Notes under the pieces: generated by a model
Databases searched by the model: none
What the model was told of the DNA's origin: nothing
Seen by the model: the letters and a program-made list of their open reading frames with translations, nothing else
Source of the DNA: Chrysomallon squamiferum
Lineage: Eukaryota > Animalia > Mollusca
Length of the DNA: 64,000 nt
Reading direction: 5' to 3'
Assembly (NCBI GenBank): GCA_012295275.1
Contig: CM022670.1
Location: 24,056,001 to 24,120,000 of the forward strand
Made by a program: the position numbers and the translations under genes
In this document: one piece after another, positions 53,043 to 64,000 of the stretch
Layout: each line of letters opens with the position of its first letter
Numbering within the stretch: position 1 is the first letter of the stretch

Positions 53043-53310
53043 ATGTTCCTGAAAATATTTTAGAGAATATTAGAATAAAGTTTTTGTGATGTCCAGAGAT
53101 TAAAGGCTGCTGAACACAACTGTTTCTAAATGTGCAGACTGATTTAATGCAAATATTTTACTTAATATTTAAATTTAAAAAAAAGTATTATACTAACTAT
53201 GTTGATAATGAAAATGACCAATTAAATTTAAAGATAAACACTTCAAAGGTTTCGATTTTAAATACAAAGTTAGATTTTTTGCCAGTTTGTGTTTGTTTGT
53301 ATGTGTGCAT

Positions 53311-53313
<3 letters not shown>

Positions 53314-53383
<70 letters not shown>
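53314..53383. repeat. (TG)n microsatellite
   Basis: Directly visible. Confidence 0.98.
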
Positions 53384-53385
<2 letters not shown>

Positions 53386-53821
53386 CATAATAATTAGTAA
53401 ATTATAGACAGCAGATAACACATTATCACCAAGAAGCAGTTCAGAAGAAATAGGTCTTAATGTTTAGTTTTATTTCTGTCAGTCATGATATGTTGATGTT
53501 AATGGCAGGTTAATGTTAAAAAGAAATGTCAACAGTAAACTAGTGTGTATCTTATCTCAGAATGTAAACTCAAACCTGTCTGTATATAAGTATTGGAACA
53601 CTGCCAGAATATATTCATAATAAACTCACTCGCATGCTATGTTTAACAATGAAAAACCATTTCTTCTAAAGTATATACTGATATTTGATTTGTGGACAAA
53701 GTCTTAACATGTAAAATATCACTTTGTAGTACAATGATCCAAATGTTATTCCTTTCTATATTTAATCCTTTTATGGGGAGGTTTTACTTATCTTTTTAAT
53801 ATATATATGTATATGTGTGAA

Positions 53822-53824
<3 letters not shown>

Positions 53825-53861
<37 letters not shown>

Positions 53862-53871
53862 TGCGTGCGTG
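53825..53871. repeat. (GT)n/(GCGT)n microsatellite
   Basis: Directly visible. Confidence 0.95.
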
Positions 53872-56800
53872 GGTATTTGTATAGATACCTCAGTTGTTCT
53901 TTATTTATTCTGAAACCTGTTATTTATGTGCCCCATGTTCCTCAAACAACATAAAAGCAATTTTCCTATTTCTGTGGGGCAACCTGTTAATGTAAATGTT
54001 TAGTTTAATACAACATTGTACACAACCCTTCATTATACTTAACAGTGTGTTTTTTTTTGGTGTATTTTTCATTGTATATATTAAATATGTTTGTACAGAT
54101 ACTGAATCTGAGTAATGATTTATTCATAATCATGTTATTTATGTGCCATATGGTACCACTAACACAAAACCATTTTGACTCTTTCAGTAAAGGTGTGAAA
54201 AAAGCGGTATAATACAACAATTACTTACTGAAAAAAAAAAAAATAATAATAATAATAATAACTGTAAAGTGTAATGTGTACAATATTATACAGAATCTTA
54301 AATTGTAAGGTAGTATTATTGTTATTTTCCTTGATTATATCTTTCTTGATAACAGTGTTTTTAATTCTTCTTTATCTTTTTTAATTTTAATATGTATTTC
54401 TATGATATAGCTTTATGTGATGAGTTCTGTATATTATTTATGTTACACATACCTCCCAACTATAAAATTACTAATATGCTGGACAACTTACTAATGCATA
54501 AGCAGAATATAATACAATGCATACCAACATTTTTATTTTGTTTATTCTTTCTTTTAATAATGATATTGTTTTTCTAAATTATTATTTTTGTGGGATTTTA
54601 AAAAAAAAAATTAAAAAATATAAATAGGTACATCTCTTAACATAAAAAAAAATTAGTTCCATAACTGTTTTATTAAAATTATGTTATTAGTTTTTCTTTC
54701 AATGGAATTTCAGCTAATGAGATATTTTCCATTATTTATATGCTTTTTATTTTTATATATATTTTTTTTATAGGATTCAGTGTCGCATCTTGATTATTTT
54801 GTGCTCTGTGCATGATGCAGGCTAATCACTTCTCTGATTTAAAGATAATAGTTTGTTGCTACTGTACCAGTACTAATTATTTTTAGATGAGTGTCCTGTT
54901 TTCACAGTAGGATGAACCACAGCAGCCGTATTACTTGTTTGTACATGTCCTTTGATAATGAAATTGATTGTACTTACCGTTGCCAGGGTAATGGCATGCC
55001 TGTATTTAATTATTCTTTTTATACTCTTAAGTATGCGTACAGACATGCTGTTTATTACAAAACAGAAGAGCCAGGTATTATAAAAATATGGATTGTTACC
55101 TGTCTGCTGTAGAAAGATGTATAATTTTTTTTTTATAGCCTAACAGTGAATATACGTAATCCTTTGTTTAATCAGAATTATTATTTTATCTTTGCTTGAC
55201 TTTTATGCTGAGGTTCTGTACCAAGAATATTGATTACTTACCTTTCTTTCTTCTTTGTTTATTCTGCCATATTCATGCTATTGTGTGTGTTTATGTGTCT
55301 GTTTTACAAACAATTTATGGATGGTTGTAAATAAAACATGTTTTGCATGTCGCAGAACTTATAGTAAGCATACAGCATATTTAACTGTTACAAAATATTG
55401 CATCTGGAACCCAAATATAGTGTTCTAATTTGTGCCAACTGCACCATTTTTTTTTTCAGCCTCCAGAGTACTGTAAGACATAGTGTTTATAAAAAATTAA
55501 ATAAACAAGGAACAAGACACATACACACATATACAGAGATATGATGACATATATAAAAATATAATTTTTATACAGATTCATGTACAGATAACCTGATGTC
55601 TGCAGAAAATCTCTTTAACAAATGAATGGGTGTAATACAAAATCTCAGCCCAGAATCATTCAGGCTGTGGCATTAAACTGTGATGATTCTATTAATGATG
55701 TAATATTCATTATAAAGAAATTTAAACTCAGTGTAAAAACGTCTGGTAAAATATAGTCATTACAGGTCAATATATCTGAAACTATCATTTTACAAATTAC
55801 AGTATAAAAATCAAGGTGGATAATCTATTTAAGGTGACTGAATTTCCATAGAAACATTCTGTAACTAACACTGATGTCTATACTAGCATAATTGTTAATT
55901 TTGTAAATCAGTTTTCTGATTGATATTTTGTTTTTGATGGATTAATTATCCGAAGATGATCAATGTATTAATGAAAAATAAAACTTAAGTGCAGAAGAAA
56001 ATTAATCCAGACTGACTGAGTCATTAATCATTGTCAGAGATCTGTTAATAATAATGTAACCTTTGACACTGACATGACTGTAGGATCAGCTCCAGTTCCC
56101 AACAATACAAACGGTGTATCAAGGCTATGGATATACCAGATACACTGTTTCAGTATTTAATGTGATATAACTGATTATAAAAAATGTCATAGCCTGAATC
56201 TGTCAAGAATATTTTGTTCTGTAGCAAATGACAGGAATAAAAATGGAAAATGCCTATTTCAAAATCTCTTTTATTGGCAAACTTTATTATTAGAAAAGGT
56301 TTGTGCTAAGCCAAATAATGTACACATTGTAATGCATTTAGGCTGCTGAAACCTTTTTAAAAATAAATTTGACATTTGTGTTGCCTCACAGACATGTAAC
56401 AACACATTTTTTTTACTTGTGATTTACAATTTTCTAGCAACAAGTGAAAAAAGCACGCAGTCAGGCTGTACTAAGTAGCAATCAAACGCAACCAAGTAGA
56501 TAAAGACATCTTGATTATAGTATTTCGTGTGTTATTAACGCTTATAAAGATATGGTTAACCTAGGCTGTCAGTGCTGTTTCCTTGCTCATCAGTGTCAGG
56601 CAAATTATATCTCCAGAGACAGAATTCTATTCTGTGTTGTCATTCTTTGAGGCCATTTTCATGATTCCATTAGCATAACAAAGGAAATGACTTGCATTAG
56701 TGTCGTCCTTTACATGGCATTCATGTGTTAAATCTCCCTCTACTGGATACAGTTATTATCCTCCTAATTGTCGCCATTTTATTTCTTTATTTCTTATTTT

Positions 56801-57309
56801 AAAACACATTTTTATTTTTTTTTCATTTCTGTTTAATATATTTTTAAACATTTAAACAGTTGTTGTTTTTTTTGGATACAATTTTTTTTAATATTTTTTT
56901 TTTTTTTTTTTATTATTATTTTTAATGCATGCCATTCCTTTCAAGGAACTGTTTAGTATGGAGGTGATGTAGTCGATGATTTGCAGAAAATCTCCATACA
57001 TCCCTGCAGGATTACAGTTCTTCCCATACAGTCTGTTAGAAAGAAAATCACCACACTTTTCACATGTAATTATCTGGGTTTGTGGCATTATATCCATTAC
57101 TGCTGCTTGCTGTTTGCTGTAAGAAAATTAGGTCCAACAAGAAGATTTGCCTTTTTTTTTTTTTTTTTTTTTTTTCACATCAACACCTAGCTTATTACTC
57201 AGACCACCAAATGAGATCACAGAGTCTATGTAGTCATTTCAGATTTGAATGAATTAATAGATTGTTTTTGTAATGAAGTACAAAGAGAAAAAAAAAAAAT
57301 GTGTTTATA

Positions 57310-57392
57310 TAATAATAATAATAATAATAATAGTAATAGTAATAGTAATAGTAATAATAATAAAATAATAGTAATAGTAATAATAATAATAA
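57310..57392. repeat. (AAT)n/(AATAGT)n microsatellite
   Basis: Directly visible. Confidence 0.9.
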
Positions 57393-60300
57393 TTACAGTA
57401 AAAATAACAAGAACTGAAACAATCTTAAGGGTGTAATCACTTTATATTTTTAAAAATCTATTTTATATTCACTATATTTAAAGAAATATGTAAACAAATT
57501 ATATTTAATGCATATATAAAAAAATTAATTTACATTATCGTCAATACATTTTAAGGTTAATCATTACTAGCTGTCAAAAGTTTATTTATTTATTTATTTA
57601 CTAATGCACAATGATTACAATGAAAAACAAATGGCTGCAACTCTGTTGGCTTTAGTCTTTAATTAGCAATATGAGATTTTTAATAAGATCCTTCCTTTAG
57701 AGGGGAAAACACTTATCATGGTGTTTAAATAATGTAAAAATTTTCCTGTAAAATCACAGAGTTAAATAATCAAAAGGTTATTGTTCTAATCAATGCATTG
57801 CAGTCTGTTCCTTTCATTACTGTGCACCAAAAAAAAAGTCAGATTGTTTTTATGATGTTTTATGAAAAACTGAATGTGCATCTCTTATAAATTTTAGTAC
57901 ATCCCCACCAAAAAACAAAATTTAATAATTTTTAATTCAGTGAAAACTTTATACTTTTTCTATTTATTTTACTGTCTCAACAAACTTCTTCTGATTAGAT
58001 GCAATCAACATTTTATTGTTCTTCAGTTTAAGAGAAAGCATCTGGACAATAAAAGGTTTCCAATCTATCACGATTTTTCTATTTTATGTTTTTTTCTTCT
58101 CTCTGGTTTCAGCCATAAAGTAGACTATTATGTTCCAGGCTTAATCCAGTTGAATAAAAATGTTTTGTGTGAATTCCTCTCTGCTGCTGCGCAGCACCAG
58201 GCAGTAATGGTGTTTTTATTGATGGAGCTGCTACCATTAGTGACAAGAAATAAATCTGGATGGTACCCAGTGGAAGGTGACAATTACTAAACTGTTCTGA
58301 AGCTGCTTGACTTTAAACTGACAGTGAAAAAAAGCCAATTACAGAAGACTGGCTACTGAAGAGTTTAAATAATTTATTTTGTAAAAAATTTTATTTTTAT
58401 TTTTTTTTTCACCCAGCTTGACATTAAATAAGGAAACAGGTTTTTAAATATTATTTATTTTAAACTTTTTGAATTTGATTTAGATAGACATGAAAGAGAA
58501 ATTATTCATTTCCTCAGAATTCTCTGTTTATTTTTGCCTGTCATTATGAATTGTATGTGATGCCTGATGTTATAAAATAACTTTGTGTGATAATTGTTTT
58601 TTTGTCTTAATTTTGTTTTATACTAAACCTTTTAAAAGGACATCACCAGTATAATAGGGGACAAATATATATTTTAAATATATAATACTAATTCTTAATT
58701 GCCTGGATGGTCTAATTACACTATACAATAAAAACAAAAATAAGGAAAGAAATATATTATGATGAATCATTTAGCAAATATTTAAGTCTTGCCATGTAGA
58801 CTGACTTTGTGTTTGTAATTTCTTGTCATGCAGATCACTTTTGTGACCAAGCAGAACTGGCTGCTATTTTTAACTTAATTATTCATTGGTTTGTAATGAC
58901 ATCAGGAACACACCGGTCACTGGTGGAAAATCCAGCTCTAGTTGATGTACAACATAGACTGCCAGTCCTGATCTGCAGTGACAACATTACCTTGCTGATT
59001 GGACACTGCTCATTCGAGCCACCTGAGAAGGGCAAAGTGAAAACAATTTAGTTGAAGGATTTTTCACTGAAGATAGCCTCATTTTCAGCTTATCGGAATA
59101 TCCATCTGTCCACTCGTATATATTCATGTCACCAAATGTTTATTAACATCTATTGATTTATCTTTGTCCATCTGTAAACAAGTACAGGCATTTCTCTCAT
59201 CCATTCCTCCAGTCAAAACCATCAGATCAATTATCCATCCATTGATTCATTCATTCATCATGATCCATCCATTATACATCCATCCAGCTGCGAATCAATC
59301 AAACAAATGAACTGAACCAAGCAATAGTTTGACCAGTAAACCTGTTAATAAACAAATCATCCCATCTGTCAGTTTGTCCGTCCATCAGCTCATCCAGCCA
59401 CGAATATCCCTCCCATGCCCACCGCCCTCCACACATCACTTCTGACAATCCTCTTTTAAAGTTGTTCTTGTAATGCTGGTGAAGATTACAGCTGAACAGT
59501 GTTTGGCAATTTAAATAATTTAAAGCGCCTTCTTTCCCAGTCTGCAGGAAATGCTGAATGCACTGTCACGTATCCTCACAGCTCACTGTTTAACTTTGCC
59601 TTCAATTGATTTTTTTTTTTTTTTTTATCTCTGTCCTGTATATGTTTGTTCATTTGCTGAAGTAAGTGTTGGCAGTACCCACCCTTCAGCTACAACAGAT
59701 TGTCCATCCAGTAAACGTTGTACCTGATCAGCATAATTAAAGAAAGTGGGAGCTTAATTGCAATGATTGCAATGGATTTTTTGAGGATTTTGGCTCTAAT
59801 CTTTCCTTGTGTATTTAGAACTATTCTCAGTAGGAACATGCCATGATGATTTTTTTTTTTTTTTTTTTTTTTTTGAATTCCAACATGCTGCATGTTTTAA
59901 ATTCTTTTAAAATAATTATAGATGGGTTAAAATGTTTTATTAAATTTAAACAAATTTTTTTAAACTTGATTTTGAATATCCTTTTTTCATACTTGAATTT
60001 TATTACATATTTTGTTTGGTATATATATATATATATATATATGTGAGCATAATAGACAAATAAAATAATATAAATCCAGTTTTAATAAATTTAATTATTC
60101 TAATTACATATTATTATTATAACTATTATTTTTTTTTTTTTTTGTATATCTAGTTTTAAAATAACCTTTTTGTATTGCACTAGATCTAGTACATTTTACA
60201 TCAAATAATAATATCAATGTTATTTAGTTGTTAAGTCCTGTTCACTAATAACCTCTGTTTCTGTGAAGTGGAAAAACATGTTATAATGCATGAACACACA

Positions 60301-61160
60301 AAAACTGACAAGCAGTAAATGACAAAAAAAGATGGTTCTGGCAATTAGAATTTGTTGGGTTTTTTTTCATTTGTGATGTACAAAGGAAGAAAATCCTCTA
60401 CTGAAATTTAAAATAATCCAAATGAAAACAACTGGGGGTGTAATCTGATTTGAAAAAAAAAAAAAAAAAAAAAATACCAACCAAAGACTCATTAAAATCA
60501 CTTCAAATTATTATTTTTGTCCTTTTCTAGTGATTTCTCATTAATTATAATTTGATTTTTTAATCTGGAAATATTTTTAACTGAGACAGATTAATGGTAT
60601 TTTGGTTCTGTGGTTTTGGTTTTAATTTATTAATACTGAGCTTTTTGGTGTTTTTTGTACCTGATTTATTCTGTAACAATAAAAGATAATAATCATATTT
60701 ATTGCTGATAATAATATAAATTAGTTATTTAAAATTACAAATGTCTGAAATAGTTATAATTTTATATCCTGTCAAAATCTTTTAACTCTGTGATATAGAT
60801 GACAAAAACGACTTAATAATACAGGTAAAGGTATTGTGTGTGTATTGAGTAATAACTGCTTGTTATAACTGAAACATATTTTCATTAAATCTACTGCTTT
60901 TTTTCCTATACAGGAATTTGATTTTATCTCCTGTGCCTTGATTCTTGATATTAATAATTTTTAAATGCTTTTAGCCAATGAAGAGGTTGTAATTTTAATC
61001 ATGTGAATGCTAGTCTAGCGAAAAAACATATTTTGCCAGTTTCCCATTCCAGTCAGTTCTCTATGATTTATTAATGGTCATCATAGACACTTTACTGTAT
61101 ATTATAAAATGCAAGTGAAAGATACATTGCTGCTTATTAAATATACAACATCTTGTATGT

Positions 61161-61287
61161 GGTTGTAGTCTGAATTTGTCTAGAATTATGTTTTCCTTAA
61201 TAAAATTAGGTGAATAAGAGTTAGGGAAATTTTCAGAGAGTTTAAATAATGGGCTGTCTGCTGGGGAAGAAATTCAATTCATTTCAG
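61161..61287 (+). repeat. Direct repeat copy 1 (about 127 bp)
   Basis: Near-identical to 62525-62652. Confidence 0.9.
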
Positions 61288-62524
61288 ATGTTTTCAGATG
61301 TATCTTCAGTTCATTAATTAGAAAATAAATCTATATGATCTATATTAATCTAACAGATTATGGCAACAAATATTTTAGATATTGACATTTTCTTAAATTT
61401 ATTGATTCAAATTAAAAATATTTTTTTTTGTTTTGTTTTACTTATTCGATCTTAACTGACTTCCATTTCTGATTTTGATTTTCTTATCTGATCGTCACAC
61501 TTCTAAAGTGTACAGTCGAGAAATTGATCAACATTGTCGAGCAAAGTACACAGGATTGTGTTAAATGCCATTTCCATTATGTCACAGAGTTTGTCTTCCT
61601 TTTCAGTTTAGTCCATTTCCTCTGGAACCAGCAACTTGAGTTGAATTTGAAAAAAAACTCAATCAGGTGACAGGAAATTCATTAAGCAAAGCAAAGTGCT
61701 GCTGACTGCGGCATGCAAATGTTGTTAAGTTTGAGGATTTTTGCTGTGACTGCTTCGGCAGTCACTACAGGCACAGGGGAATTCAAATTCATAACTGCTG
61801 CTGCTGTGGTGAAGAAGTTAATGTTTAAGCCTTTTATTGAAATAATTCATATTAAGTTTGTTCAATCATAAAAGCAATTGTCTTAAAGGTCATTGATCTA
61901 GATGGCACAGACTGATTGTCTCCTATTATAACGTCGGTAGCAAGAATTAACAAGTCAAAGATCTAATATCCTCCCATGTATAAGATATAAATTTGTAATC
62001 TTTAATGTATATACAGATTGATGGTTTCATCATTTTCATTAGTGTTTAGATTTTTTTTTTTTTTTATCAATATAGTAATTTTAATCTGTCAGTTTTACCC
62101 ATTTGTCTCTTTGTTGCTTTTTCAGATGATGATAATTCCTGTAGGAATATTAGGTCCATGTATTTGCAGGGGTAATTAGAAAACCAATTGTGAATAAATA
62201 TTATTTTTGTATATATTGTTTTTTTTTTATTCTTATTGTTTTTAACCAAGACCATTTAGATCATCAGAAGATAATACTTTTTTGCATTTTTATTTGAACA
62301 AAAACATTGAATGTCTGATATATCCTTTATTTTGTTAATTTGTTTCTTGTTTTATCCTGACAGTAATGTTGATCTGTTTTTATAGAATTCTGGCTAACAT
62401 TAACCATATTGTTGTTGTTGGTCTTGTCATGATTATAATATTATGATGATTTTTATTATATCATCATCAATTTATTGTTATTATCATCATTTTTTTTTTT
62501 TTAAATACACAACATGTTAGACAG

Positions 62525-62652
62525 GGTTGTATTCTGAAATTGTCTAGAATTATGTTTTCCTTAATAAAATATGGTGAATAAGAGTTAGGGGAAATTTTCA
62601 GAGAGTTTAAATAATGGGCTGTCTGCTGGAGAAGAAATTCAATTCATTTCAG
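62525..62652 (+). repeat. Direct repeat copy 2 (about 128 bp)
   Basis: Near-identical to 61161-61287. Confidence 0.9.
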
Positions 62653-63518
62653 GAACTGTTAATATCTGCATCTGATGGAAATAGTCTCTGCTTTTTTTTC
62701 CAATGAGTTACAGTGTTTTATAACGAAAGATCTGTGTGTTGTTTACCATTTATTATATTTCAAAAAGTTTTAAAACTTTACCCAACTGAAATACATAAAC
62801 TTGATTTACTGTACATACAAGTTGTATTTCATAAAGCTTTATAATTATCAAACAATAACAACAATGTAGCTAATGATTCCATGTTTGTTGACTCAGTGGG
62901 TATTATGGGCCTGCGGAGAAAAACGTGGATCAGAACAAATTAAGTGGTCGTCCTTTTGCCACTGGATGCATGCTGCTGTGCTTTCGGTGATCAGTTAGTT
63001 CACTTAAGATGTGATTACGCAGTCAGTTGTTTCCTTTGTGGCTACAAGTTGCTGAAGTCTCGGAGCCTCGGGCTAAAGAAATCACACAGTGAACATTGAC
63101 TGCTGGTGACAAGCAAATTGAACTAATTTGCACCTGTTGTTTTTGCCACAAGTCAGTTTGTCTCCTGGCCACTGCCGCTAAAGTTTACACCCAATTTAAC
63201 TTATTTGTCATTTGTCCGTGATGGTGTTAATCATCAGGCCTTCTTCTTTGCTTCACGTCAGTGCTAATGATTTTCATAAAAGTAATTTTTTTTTTAATGT
63301 TAAAAAAATATATAAAATTTTTGTTTGTTGTGTGTCTGTGGAAAAATATGCAAGCATACACTAAAGAAAAAGAACTGTTAAAAAAATGTCATTATTGTAT
63401 ATAACATAAAAAAGATAAAATTTATTTTACAGATACATACTTTAAAAAAAAAAAGTTAATGCAAACCTTGTAGTCTGAAATTAATACCTTTACAAATGGT
63501 TTCTTTTGTGATTACTTA

Positions 63519-63620
63519 TTTATTATTATTATTTTATTATTAATTAATTATTATTATTATTATTATATTTATTATTATTTTTATATTATTATTATTATTA
63601 TTATGATTATTATTATTATT
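63519..63620. repeat. (ATT)n low-complexity tract
   Basis: Directly visible. Confidence 0.9.
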
Positions 63621-64000
63621 TTAAAACACTGTCATATTACACCACAAATATCAGCAGCTAAACTATTTAATTTAAAGGGAATTCCATGTCAGCTATATGA
63701 CAGGCCAGGGTACCATAGTTATCTCAGTCTGATGCAAATATTTCACTATTTTACATCACTGTCACCAGACGCAAATGTTTTAAATCATGGATACAAGAAT
63801 CTCTATCCAATCTGTACAACCAGAACAACAGGTGAACCCAGGGCAGGCATGCTTCAGTTCTTCTGTCATGTAATCACACTGTTCTTACACATGTTAAAGT
63901 GAAACTAAATTTGGTAATTTCAAGTTGTATTTTTCTGTTTTTAATTTCCTTCTTCTTCTTTTTTTTTTCTTTTTTTTTTTTTTTCCTACTCTATTCATCT

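Noticed and set aside
56956-56999. Hairpin with TGA/GA motif resembling a SECIS core
   Set aside because: Upper stem is too short, the apical AA motif is missing, it is intronic, and no selenoprotein is nearby.
58113-58290. Possible second exon of the WW gene (cag|C CAT AAA GTA...)
   Set aside because: Phase fits, but the translation HKVDYYVPG lacks the T-x-W-x-x-P that completes a WW domain.
62320-62328. ATATCCTTT, a U12 AT-AC donor consensus
   Set aside because: No associated exon or branch site, and such a match is expected by chance in AT-rich DNA.
1060-63902. Most short ORFs in the supplied track (F/L/I/Y-rich, HT or CV repeats)
   Set aside because: They are translations of AT-rich introns and microsatellites, often with non-ATG starts and no recognisable domains.

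Overview
AT-rich, intron-containing animal genomic DNA, probably an invertebrate and plausibly a mollusc or other lophotrochozoan (inferred from composition, repeats and protein divergence). It is not prokaryotic, and most short ORFs in the track are noise. Splicing by hand gives four complete genes: TAF7 (+, 10 coding exons), TMEM165/GDT1 (+, 7 exons), a JADE/rhinoceros PZP chromatin scaffold (+) and SCOC (-). A fifth gene encoding an N-terminal WW domain (+) contributes only its first coding exon, followed by an intron of more than 13 kb that apparently runs off the window. Several minus-strand splice donors and short start exons point to a further unidentified gene whose body lies left of the window and which may enclose TAF7. 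Repeats include decayed Tc1/mariner transposase fossils, a MITE with terminal inverted repeats, local duplications and microsatellites. No tRNA, rRNA or CRISPR was seen. I found no clear new multi-gene system. The best leads are regulatory: two uORFs caging the TAF7 start, an in-frame uORF before the WW gene, a possible readthrough extension of TMEM165, competing GT/GC donors plus a frame discontinuity in the JADE N-terminus, and a direct-repeat-flanked segment carrying a perfect cUUCGg hairpin.
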